64,000 nt of DNA from Deltaproteobacteria bacterium (GTDB taxonomy: Bacteria; Desulfobacterota; Syntrophorhabdia; Syntrophorhabdales; JANXAF01): assembly GCA_026417175.1 (NCBI GenBank), contig JAOADT010000001.1, forward strand, positions 38,918-102,917. The letters are read 5' to 3'. Of this stretch, positions 19,952 through 28,535 are shown piece after piece (the stretch's first letter is position 1; every line of letters begins with the position of its first letter). Position numbers and translations under genes: made by a program. The notes beneath the pieces were generated by a model. It was given only the letters and a program-made list of their open reading frames with translations, ran no database searches and was not told the DNA's origin.

Positions 19952-22260
19952 GTGAGTTCAACTACAGTTATCCCCGGATTTTTTTCATCTAGTTTAAAAT
20001 TTGAAACATATTTAGACTGGGAGAGATACTCTCTAACCTTTAACATGAGCTTTCCGGTACCAATGCCGTGTAAAATCGTAACCTTGTTTACGCCGTTTAA
20101 GACTGCTCTGTCCATGAATCTATCCAAACACTCAATAGCTTCTTCTACCTTCATGCCCCTTAGATTCAATTTCCACACATCCACCTTCTCTGATGTTACT
20201 TTCACCCCTGTAGTTTCATTTGTTACTCTTTCTTCAACCCGGTCTATCTTTATAAGTTTCTCCTTACCTATTCTTGTTCTTATATTTCCTATAACAACTT
20301 CACATTCTCCGGATGAATCTTCTAAATCTGAAATATAGCCCACGCTTCCTAAGTTTTTAATCTTTACAAAATCCCCGACTTTAAGCGGTTTGTCTTCTTG
20401 TTCTTTTTTATCAATACCTGATTCCCTCTTTACCTCATTCAAGATCTCCTTGGCCCTTTTTACTGAAACTTTTTCTTTTTTGGAAACTTCTCTTTCTATC
20501 TCCCTTATCCTTTCGTCCAGTATTTCGATTTTATTTTTATACCTTTCTTCGAATCTTTTTATTATCTCTTCCTTTTTTTCTTCAATTCTTCTGAGTTTGT
20601 TTTTTAGACTCAATTTTACCTGAAGAATCTCTTCCCTTTCTCTTGCCAGTTCCTCTTCCTTTTTTCTTAACGCGTCAAATATACTATACATCATATACTC
20701 CTGCTCACCCAAATATCTGATACTTTTCTCCAATATGGAATCAGGAAAACCTACGTTCTTTGCAACATTCAGTGCATTACTCATGCCAACCGTGCCATAT
20801 GTGAGTTTATAGAGAGGAACCATCCTTACCGGATCATATTCACATGCTGCATTTTTTGCGAATTCTTTGGTAAACCCATAGCCTTTGAGATGGCCTAAGT
20901 GTGTAGTAACTACTAGCTTGCATCCTTTCTCTGCAAAAGCGTCCATTATACCCATGGAAAGTGCTGATGCTTCCTGAGGGTCAGTTCCTCCTCCGATCTC
21001 ATCTATCAAAATCAGTTCACCGCCGCTCGATTCTTGGTAAATATTTTTGATGGTGATCACATGAGAGGTAAAGCTACTTAGATCCTTGGAAAAGTCCTGC
21101 TCATCACCAACGAGAGCGTAGATTCTCTTATAAAGAGGGATCTTAGGATTTATACTTGCGGGGATAAACATACCTGAGTACGCCATGAGCAAAAGTAACC
21201 CAATTGTTTTCAGTGCAACTGTCTTACCGCCGGCATTTGGTCCACTAATTATGAGAACTTTTTTTTCTTCTTCTAAAATTATGTCTATAGGAACGGTAGC
21301 ATCACCTTTGTATGTCCTCAAAAGAGGATTAACTGCATTTTTGATGTACAAATCACCATTTTCTGTCACTTCTGGCCTTACACAGCCGAAGTCTATTGAA
21401 AAGAGCGAGAGACCACAAAAGAAATCTACTTCTTTCACGACTTCCAAGTGTCTATGTAATGAACCGAGATAGGTATTAACGTATGAAGTTAATTCTCTGA
21501 GAATCCTTTCTTCCTCCTCCTTTTCCCTCTTTTCCAAAACATTTATCTCGTTGTTCAGACTTACACATTCAATAGGTTCAACAAAGGAAGTCTTTAAAGT
21601 ATGTGAGTAATCGTGAACAATTCCGTCTATAGCCTGATTGAAGTTGGGTTTCATGGGAAGAACGTATCTTCCATTCCGTATAGTAATGTAAGTATCCTGA
21701 AGTAGACTTCTAAATCTATCGCTCTCCATGAGCTTTTCGAGATATTTTTTTATTTTTGTTCTTTTTACATGGAGCTCTCTCCTTATTTCCAAAAGTTCGT
21801 AAGAAGCACTGTCTTCAACAAAGCCTTCCCGGTTTATCGTTTTTTTTATTTTTCTTTCAACCTCTGTGAGAGGATTAATAATTCCCAATATGTATGTCAA
21901 ATACCTACCTTTTTTAGGAAGCTTTTTTAGATAAGAGATTAAACCCTGAACATAGCTTAAAAAATCTTGAAGTAGCAAAAATTCTTTTGGGTCTAATACA
22001 GAATTTCCAACAGAAAGTCTTTTAAGGACGTCTCGTATATCCGGAATACCAGCTAAGGGTGGTTTTCCAAACTGAGTTATAACATCGTAAAATTCTTGCA
22101 AGATATCCTGTCTCTCTTTTATCTTCTCGAGATCGTAAAAAGGTCTAAGGTTAACGAGATCATCATCCGCATAAGAAGTCAGTAAGTATGGTTTTACAAG
22201 ATTTAAAAGCTTAAAAAAATCTAAATGATGTAAGGTATTATCAGGCATATTGTGCTTCAA
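19948..22260 (-). CDS. mutS2: MutS2 endonuclease (MutS-related protein with Smr domain)
   Basis: 770 aa. Walker A GPNAGGKT and a C-terminal Smr domain (LNLRGMKVEEAI...ILHGIGTGKL). Confidence 0.92.
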   Translation of the reverse strand: MKHNMPDNTLHHLDFFKLLNLVKPYLLTSYADDDLVNLRPFYDLEKIKERQDILQEFYDVITQFGKPPLAGIPDIRDVLKRLSVGNSVLDPKEFLLLQDFLSYVQGLISYLKKLPKKGRYLTYILGIINPLTEVERKIKKTINREGFVEDSASYELLEIRRELHVKRTKIKKYLEKLMESDRFRSLLQDTYITIRNGRYVLPMKPNFNQAIDGIVHDYSHTLKTSFVEPIECVSLNNEINVLEKREKEEEERILRELTSYVNTYLGSLHRHLEVVKEVDFFCGLSLFSIDFGCVRPEVTENGDLYIKNAVNPLLRTYKGDATVPIDIILEEEKKVLIISGPNAGGKTVALKTIGLLLLMAYSGMFIPASINPKIPLYKRIYALVGDEQDFSKDLSSFTSHVITIKNIYQESSGGELILIDEIGGGTDPQEASALSMGIMDAFAEKGCKLVVTTHLGHLKGYGFTKEFAKNAACEYDPVRMVPLYKLTYGTVGMSNALNVAKNVGFPDSILEKSIRYLGEQEYMMYSIFDALRKKEEELAREREEILQVKLSLKNKLRRIEEKKEEIIKRFEERYKNKIEILDERIREIEREVSKKEKVSVKRAKEILNEVKRESGIDKKEQEDKPLKVGDFVKIKNLGSVGYISDLEDSSGECEVVIGNIRTRIGKEKLIKIDRVEERVTNETTGVKVTSEKVDVWKLNLRGMKVEEAIECLDRFMDRAVLNGVNKVTILHGIGTGKLMLKVREYLSQSKYVSNFKLDEKNPGITVVELT

Positions 22261-22273
22261 AAGCTACCTTTTA

Positions 22274-22720
22274 TCATCCAGATAGCCTCTTTAGCACCAT
22301 TTCACTTAGCTTCTTTCCATCGATTCTTCCAGGATATTTTTCCATGATGAATTTTATGACCTTGCCAGCCTCTTTTCTGTCTTTAGCGCCCACCTCTTTG
22401 ATCCCTTCGAGAACAGCATTTTCAATTTCTTCCTCACTAAGAGGGCGAGGGAGTAAATCTTCGAGGATTTTGAGTTCTTTTTCTTCAGCTTCTACAAGGT
22501 CTGTTCTTCCCCCTTTTTTAAAACTCTCTATAGATTCATGGTGCTGTCTTATGAGAGTTCTTACAACGCTATAGAATTCCTCTTCGGTGAGGAGCCTTTT
22601 CTTCTCAACCTCTTTGTTTTTGATGTTCGTGATAAGTAACCTATAGACTGAAATTTTTTCCTTTTCTTTATTCTTTATTGCCTCTTTGAGCTTTTCTTCT
22701 ATTTCGGCCCTTAAGTTCAT
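22274..22720 (-). CDS. GatB/YqeY domain-containing protein
   Basis: 148 aa. Typical YqeY layout and the classical position directly after rpsU. Confidence 0.8.
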   Translation of the reverse strand: MNLRAEIEEKLKEAIKNKEKEKISVYRLLITNIKNKEVEKKRLLTEEEFYSVVRTLIRQHHESIESFKKGGRTDLVEAEEKELKILEDLLPRPLSEEEIENAVLEGIKEVGAKDRKEAGKVIKFIMEKYPGRIDGKKLSEMVLKRLSG

Positions 22721-22930
22721 TTAGTAAAGGCCTTTCTCCATTATCTTCCTCAACTTCTTCAAGGCTCTTTTCTTTGCCGCGAGTATTTTTTTCTTTCTTC
22801 TCACACTTGGTTTCTCATAATGTTCTCTCTTCTTGATTTCAGAAAGTATCCCGGTCTTTTCACACTGTTTTTTAAATCTCCGTAGAGCACTTTCCAATGA
22901 TTCTCCTTCTTTCACGATAACTGCTGGCAT
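22721..22930 (-). CDS. rpsU: 30S ribosomal protein S21
   Basis: [27 protein letters not shown]... The ATG at 22930 is preceded by GGAGGGAGGG. The track start at 22948 is upstream of the SD. Confidence 0.93.
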   Translation of the reverse strand: MPAVIVKEGESLESALRRFKKQCEKTGILSEIKKREHYEKPSVRRKKKILAAKKRALKKLRKIMEKGLY

Positions 22931-22968
22931 CCATTTCCCTCCCTCCATCTTTGATTTTTAAGGTTTAT

Positions 22969-22998
22969 ATTTAAACTCAAAAAAATAAACCGTGTCAA
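22969..22998 (-). promoter_or_regulatory. Candidate promoter of the rpsU operon
   Basis: On the minus strand: TTGACA (22998..22993), 17-18 nt, TTTAAA/TTAAAT. Confidence 0.35.
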
Positions 22999-23078
22999 TA
23001 AATTTCCCTTAACTCCGATCTGATAGGGCAATAAACTTGTAAAAAACTAAAACGGATTATTGCAAGCCTTTAGACCAA

Positions 23079-25100
23079 ATGATAACATCTATTATGGTCC
23101 AGGATTTTCTCGAGTCTATTCTTGTAGTATTTGGAATATCTGCTTCCATAATTTACTTACTCGGAAAAATAAAACTTCCCTCCATAGTTGGTTTCCTCTT
23201 AGCCGGAACCATTATAGGACCTTATGGGATGGGGCTTATTCAAAGCTTAAAAGACGTTGAGATGATCGCAGAAATTGGAATTATCCTTCTTATGTTCACA
23301 ATAGGTGTTGAATTCTCACTGACTAAACTTTACGGGCTGAAGAAAGAAGTGTTCTTGTTTGGTCCCTTACAAATACTGCTTACAACAACTATCTCTGCCG
23401 TTTTGGCACACATCATTTTAGATATCCATTTGAGAAACGCCACTTTCTATGGGTTTGTCGTGAGTCTAAGTAGCACTGCTATTGTCATGAAACTTTTAGC
23501 TGAGAAAGGCGAGCTCAATACAAGACACGGGAAGATATGTGTGGGCATTTTATTATTTCAAGACATATGCGTAATTCCTTTGATGTTGTTGACTAGGCTT
23601 ATTTCAACTCATAACGAACAACCTTTAGGAGATTATCTGGTGGTTCTTCTTAAGTCTTTTTTGATACTCTTTGTAGTTTTTCTATTCTCTAGGACGGCCA
23701 TTCCCTATTTTCTTCATGAAATTGTCAAAACAAAAATTAGGGAGCTTTTTATCCTCGTAACAATCTTTGTTTGTCTTGGTACAGCCTATGTAACCTCCAA
23801 GTTGGGTCTTTCTTTAGCCCTTGGAGCCTTTCTTGCAGGAGTTATAATATCAGAATCGGAATACTCATCTCAGGCGCTCTCCGATATTTTGCCTTTTAAA
23901 GAAATATTTTCGGGCATATTCTTCATTTCTATTGGCATGTTACTGGATCTTGAGTTTTTAAAACTAAGGATCACAGATGAATTCGTGCTTATCTTGACAG
24001 TTATTTTTATTAAGATTCTGTCAGTTGTTTTTGCAGTTTACCCCTTTGTAAAATCCTTAAAAATTTCTCTTAAGACAGGTTTTTCTCTCGCTCAGATAGG
24101 AGAATTTTCATTCATCCTTTCTTTTGCCGGAAGGGCGCTAGGTCTTATAGATTCACAAGAATACCAGAGCTTTATTGCAATCACCGTTGCTTCCATGTTT
24201 ATAACACCTGCAATATTGAGATACTCTCCTAAAATAGTTGATGAACTGGTAAAATTGAAGCTTTTCCACCATTTTGAAAAGGTGACCAGAATAAAGGACA
24301 GTGAAATCTCTGTGAGAAAAATGAATCACGTCATAATAATCGGATTCGGGCTAAATGGTAGAAATCTTGCCAGGGTACTTAAAGATTCCGGAATAAGTTA
24401 TGTAATCCTGGATCTAAATCCGGACACTGTTAGAAAATCAAAAAGAAAAGGGGAACCTATATACTATGGAGATGGAACAAGTTCAGAAATCCTTCGCAAG
24501 CTTGGAATCCTTTGGGCAAAGATACTTGTCGTAGCCATCTCTGATCCCACATCCACAAAAAGGATTGTGGAAATGGCTAGGACCGAAAATCCCAGAATTC
24601 ACATAATTGTTAGAACCCGTTACGTCTCAGATATAGACGAGCTTTTGAATGTTGGTGCGAACGAGGTAATCCCTGAAGAATTCGAAACATCTCTTGAGAT
24701 ATTTGGACGGGTTTTACATCATTTTGGAGTTCCGAGAAACAAGATACTGGAAACAATAGACCGTATAAGACAAGAGGGATACAAAACTCTACTTTTAGAT
24801 ACACCCCTAAAAACAAGGGTCGGCTTGGAGTGCACAATGGTGGAAGGTCTTGAAATGGATAGCTACATTGTGGAAAAGGATTCCTGGTTAAAGGGAAAAT
24901 CGATAAAGGCCATAAATCTCAGGGCAAAAACAGGAGCAACAATTATCGCCGTAAAAAGGGGTGAAGAAAACATTCTAAATCCAGACCCAGACCTTGTTTT
25001 GAATGAGGGTGACATAGTCGTTTATTTAGGTACAAAAGAACAAGTTACACTAACCTTCCATTTTTTAAGTGGAAGGCCCTCCGGACAGAGCCTGAGTTAA
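23079..25100 (+). CDS. CPA2-family monovalent cation:proton antiporter (Kef-type) with C-terminal RCK (TrkA-N / TrkA-C) domains
   Basis: 673 aa. About 12 hydrophobic segments, then VIIIGFGLNGRNLARVL (a GxGxxG NAD fold) and a TrkA-C-like C-terminus. Confidence 0.85.
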   Translation: MITSIMVQDFLESILVVFGISASIIYLLGKIKLPSIVGFLLAGTIIGPYGMGLIQSLKDVEMIAEIGIILLMFTIGVEFSLTKLYGLKKEVFLFGPLQILLTTTISAVLAHIILDIHLRNATFYGFVVSLSSTAIVMKLLAEKGELNTRHGKICVGILLFQDICVIPLMLLTRLISTHNEQPLGDYLVVLLKSFLILFVVFLFSRTAIPYFLHEIVKTKIRELFILVTIFVCLGTAYVTSKLGLSLALGAFLAGVIISESEYSSQALSDILPFKEIFSGIFFISIGMLLDLEFLKLRITDEFVLILTVIFIKILSVVFAVYPFVKSLKISLKTGFSLAQIGEFSFILSFAGRALGLIDSQEYQSFIAITVASMFITPAILRYSPKIVDELVKLKLFHHFEKVTRIKDSEISVRKMNHVIIIGFGLNGRNLARVLKDSGISYVILDLNPDTVRKSKRKGEPIYYGDGTSSEILRKLGILWAKILVVAISDPTSTKRIVEMARTENPRIHIIVRTRYVSDIDELLNVGANEVIPEEFETSLEIFGRVLHHFGVPRNKILETIDRIRQEGYKTLLLDTPLKTRVGLECTMVEGLEMDSYIVEKDSWLKGKSIKAINLRAKTGATIIAVKRGEENILNPDPDLVLNEGDIVVYLGTKEQVTLTFHFLSGRPSGQSLS

Positions 25101-25661
25101 GAGGTATAGCGCCTGGGCGTAAGAAGTCGGACAGAGCGGGAAGCATTCTTTACACTTATCACATTCTTTTAAAGCGATCTCAGGGATAAAACTTATCTCT
25201 CTTTTCACCCCGCTTTGAACAAACGATATGGCATATTTTTTCTTGACTTCAGAGCAGTATCTAACACATAGACCACACAGGATGCAGAATATAGGTTCCT
25301 TCCCAAATTTTTCTTCTTTTGCACCATATTCTTCTTTTAGTTTGATAAGTTCGGGAGATCCTGGCGCACGTGCAAGAAGAAGCTCCACTATAATCCGCCT
25401 TATTTTTTCAACCTCTGGACTCCTTGTTTTCACAACAAGCCCTTCTTCAACTGGGTAAAGACAAGAGACAACATAATTTTTTCTTCCCCTACTTTCAATT
25501 TCTACTGTGCATAGTCTGCAACCGCCATAGGGCTCAAGATCTTTATGGTAGCAAAGTGTGGGAATATCTATACCTTCCCTTAAAGCTACCTGAAGGATGG
25601 TCATACCTTTTTCTGCCTTACATTCCTTCCCGTCTATGGTTATATTCACTACATCTGACAT
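25065..25661 (-). CDS. [2Fe-2S]/[4Fe-4S] protein resembling the NuoG N-terminus (BamI-like)
   Basis: Start MSDVVNITIDGKE at 25661, 2 nt after the NuoF-like stop. Motifs CYHKDLEPYGGCRLCTVEI, CILCGLCVRYC and CDKCKECFPLCP. Confidence 0.8.
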   Translation of the reverse strand: MSDVVNITIDGKECKAEKGMTILQVALREGIDIPTLCYHKDLEPYGGCRLCTVEIESRGRKNYVVSCLYPVEEGLVVKTRSPEVEKIRRIIVELLLARAPGSPELIKLKEEYGAKEEKFGKEPIFCILCGLCVRYCSEVKKKYAISFVQSGVKREISFIPEIALKECDKCKECFPLCPTSYAQALYLLTQALSGGPST

Positions 25662-25663
25662 CT

Positions 25664-27313
25664 TTACTTCTCCTTGACTAATCGTGATTCGAACTCTTTC
25701 CAAAAGTATTTCAAAGCACTCTCCAAGGGAGATGAAGCTGTTCTTCCCAATGCGCACAGAGAAGCCTCTTTTTGAACATCGCAGATTTCTCTTATCGTTT
25801 CCACATCCTGATACGTGCCGGAACCGTCCTTTATCTTTTTGAGGAGTTTTCTTATCTGTCTTATACCCTCCCTACAAGGGACACACTTACCACATGATTC
25901 TGTTGATAGAAAATCCAGAAAATAAGAGACTAGTTCAAGCATATCATCTTTTTCGTCAAGAACAAGTAACCCACCAGCGCCAATAGGTGCTCCTAATTTG
26001 GCACATGCGTCAAAATCTAAAGGGGTATCTATTAGTTCCTTCGGAATTGATCCACCCATGGCAGACCCAAAATGAACAGCCTTTAAATCATTTCCGTTTC
26101 CAGTTCCTCCACCTAAGTCGAATACAATCTCCCTCAGACTCATCCCAAAAGGTACCTCAATCACTCCGGCATTTTTTATTCTTCCCGAAAGCGATATAAG
26201 CTTTGTCCCCTTGCTCCTCTCGGTGCCTATTTTCGAGTACCATTCAGCCCCATTTTCTATAATGAGGGGTACATTGGCCCATGTTTCCACGTTATTTAAA
26301 TTACTAGGTTTTTCGTAGATCCCGCTTACCGATGTCCTTATGTATTTGGGTCTAGGCTCAGGAATCTTTCCTTCGATCGACCTCATTAAAGCACTAGATT
26401 CACCGCTAACGAATATGCCTATATCCAGGTGAATCTCCACATCGAAGTCGAACCCGCTTCCCAATATGTTCTTTCCAATAAAACCATATTCTCTCGCTTT
26501 GCTAATAGCTGTTTCTATATTTTTTAATAAGTCTGGTGCATCATGCCTGGTATAGATAAATCCTTGTCTGGCCCCTATGGCATAAGCCCCAATTATTAGA
26601 CCTTCGAGAACTATGTGGGGATTGCCCCCGAGGATTGCTCTATCCATGTATGCACCAGGTTCACCCTCATGTCCATTAACGATCACATATTTGATGTCAC
26701 TTTTTGCGTTTCTTGTAGTCTCCCACTTCTGACCAGCAGGAAAGCCGCCACCTCCTCTCCCTCTTAAATTGGACTTCTTGATCTCCTCTAAAACATCAGT
26801 TGGAGACATTTGGGTTAGCGCCTTTACTAAAGCAGAATAACCTCCAAGTGCTATGTAATCGTCAATACTTTGGGGATCAATCTTTGTGTTATATCCGAGG
26901 ATAAGCCTAGTCTGTCTATTATAGAACGGTATATCCTTAAGGTGAGGGGTCTTCCCTACTTTTTCATCTTCGTAGACAAGTCTGTCAACAATTCTATTTC
27001 TCAATATGGTTTCCTCAATTATTTCTGTTGCATCTTTTTCTTTCACTTTAAGGTAACATATCTCTTCAGGATAAATGATTATACTTGGCCCCCAGGAACA
27101 CATCCCATGACATCCCGTGAGTTTGACCTTGATTTTTTCTTCAAGACCCTTTTTACCAAGCTCATCCTTTAGTGCGCTTGCAATCTTTTTTCCATCTTTA
27201 CTTGAACATCCTCCCCCGCCACAAACTGATATTATCCGTTCCGAAGAAGCCATTATAGACTGTACCCTATTTTTCAATTTTAAAAAGTCTTCATATGAGC
27301 TTATTCTCTGCAT
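25664..27313 (-). CDS. NuoF-like NAD(P)H-binding FMN/Fe-S flavoprotein with an N-terminal thioredoxin-like [2Fe-2S] domain (BamH-like)
   Basis: 549 aa. GRGGGGFPAGQKW (FMN site) and ESCGKCVPCREG ([4Fe-4S]). N-terminal CGGGGCSS...CHGMCSWGP. Confidence 0.9.
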   Translation of the reverse strand: MQRISSYEDFLKLKNRVQSIMASSERIISVCGGGGCSSKDGKKIASALKDELGKKGLEEKIKVKLTGCHGMCSWGPSIIIYPEEICYLKVKEKDATEIIEETILRNRIVDRLVYEDEKVGKTPHLKDIPFYNRQTRLILGYNTKIDPQSIDDYIALGGYSALVKALTQMSPTDVLEEIKKSNLRGRGGGGFPAGQKWETTRNAKSDIKYVIVNGHEGEPGAYMDRAILGGNPHIVLEGLIIGAYAIGARQGFIYTRHDAPDLLKNIETAISKAREYGFIGKNILGSGFDFDVEIHLDIGIFVSGESSALMRSIEGKIPEPRPKYIRTSVSGIYEKPSNLNNVETWANVPLIIENGAEWYSKIGTERSKGTKLISLSGRIKNAGVIEVPFGMSLREIVFDLGGGTGNGNDLKAVHFGSAMGGSIPKELIDTPLDFDACAKLGAPIGAGGLLVLDEKDDMLELVSYFLDFLSTESCGKCVPCREGIRQIRKLLKKIKDGSGTYQDVETIREICDVQKEASLCALGRTASSPLESALKYFWKEFESRLVKEK

Positions 27314-27324
27314 AGCCTTTCCTT

Positions 27325-27771
27325 TTATCCAATTTTCTTAAGTATTCCTTCTATATCATCAGGTTTTACATTTCCATATACTTCACCATCTATCTCTATT
27401 TCCGGCCCAGAAGCACAGCGTCCGGAACAGGAGGATAATTCTAAGCTAAACTTCATGTCAGGAGTTGAATCACCTACTTTAATCCCAAGGAGGTTTTCAA
27501 GTTTTTCTACAACTTCCCTTCCACCCCTTATATAGCAGGACACCCCCGAACAAACTTTTATCACATGCTCAGCTTTGGGTTTCAGGCTAAACGTTTTGTA
27601 AAAAGTTGCTATTCGCATCACTTCATTCACTGGAACAGACAATCTCTTACTGAGATAAAAAATAGATTCTCTAGGTATATACCCCTTTTCGTGTTGAACG
27701 TCCATTAACATCTCGATGAGAAAATTTCTTCTTCTGGAATACTTCTCTATGATGCTTTCCAAATAATCCAT
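27325..27771 (-). CDS. NuoE-like thioredoxin-fold [2Fe-2S] protein (BamG-like)
   Basis: 148 aa. CSGVSCYIRGG ... CSGRCASGPEIEIDG. Confidence 0.88.
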   Translation of the reverse strand: MDYLESIIEKYSRRRNFLIEMLMDVQHEKGYIPRESIFYLSKRLSVPVNEVMRIATFYKTFSLKPKAEHVIKVCSGVSCYIRGGREVVEKLENLLGIKVGDSTPDMKFSLELSSCSGRCASGPEIEIDGEVYGNVKPDDIEGILKKIG

Positions 27772-27774
27772 AGA

Positions 27775-28527
27775 TCAACTCCCTACTTGTGTCTCTAGTT
27801 TCACAAATCCTTCTAATTCAAGATTTTTTAATGCTTTAAGAATCTCCTTTTCGTCAATGCCTACCCTTTTTGACAATTCTCCGTATTCTGAAATTCCTTT
27901 TCTTTTAGCATCAACTATAAGCCCCATAGTTATTTTATCGAAAATCATTTTTTCGATAATACTATTTATCTCAGGGCTTTCAAAATATTCGTCAATTTTT
28001 CCGATATTATTCCCTTGGAACCTGAGTCTCCCTCTTTCTACTAGTTTGATGTACGGAAGGAGATTCAGTACCACACCTAGCCTCTCATTCATAACTTCAT
28101 CTGGTAAACCTTCTTTCTTTCCTATGGGTCCAAGCTCTTTTATCTGCCGTATGAAATCTTGCATCACTTCTGCAAATCTAACACCTTCTGCAGATGAGAG
28201 AAATTCCATTCTGATTCTCTTTTTATCAATACCAATAAATCCGAAAATCTTTTTTAAAAGAATAATCATTCCATATGCGTGAATATTACCTTCCGTTGTG
28301 TAATGGCATTCTCCTGGAAGACATCCCACTACTATTATTCCATCCACTTTTTCTTTAAATGAATTAATCACGAAGGCAGGATCAACTCGTCCCGTACACA
28401 TAACACGAATCAGTCTTATATCTGGGGGGTATTGCAGTCTGGAAACTCCAGCCAGGTCAGCCGCTCCGTACCCTCACCAAAAACAAACAAAACCGATAAT
28501 CTTTGGCATATACTCAAAGGTATTCAT
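27775..28527 (-). CDS. MvhD-like (methyl-viologen-reducing hydrogenase delta subunit family) selenoprotein (BamF-like), with a C-terminal extension
   Basis: The track ORF starts at 28401 (MCTGRVDP), but the frame stays open upstream through a single TGA (28474..28476) to the ATG at 28527, which has AGGAGG 4 nt upstream. The result is [48 protein letters not shown], matching the MvhD N-terminal consensus C-x-W-C-x-Y-x-G-A-D-L-A-G with Sec at the second Cys. Confidence 0.85.
28439..28451 (-). promoter_or_regulatory. SECIS-like stem-loop downstream of UGA 28474..28476
   Basis: On the minus strand, CTGGA-GTT-TCCAG is 22 nt after the UGA. It is flanked by a possible outer helix GGGTA (28473..28469) / TACCC (28431..28427). 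Confidence 0.4.
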
Positions 28528-28535
28528 AGATCCTC

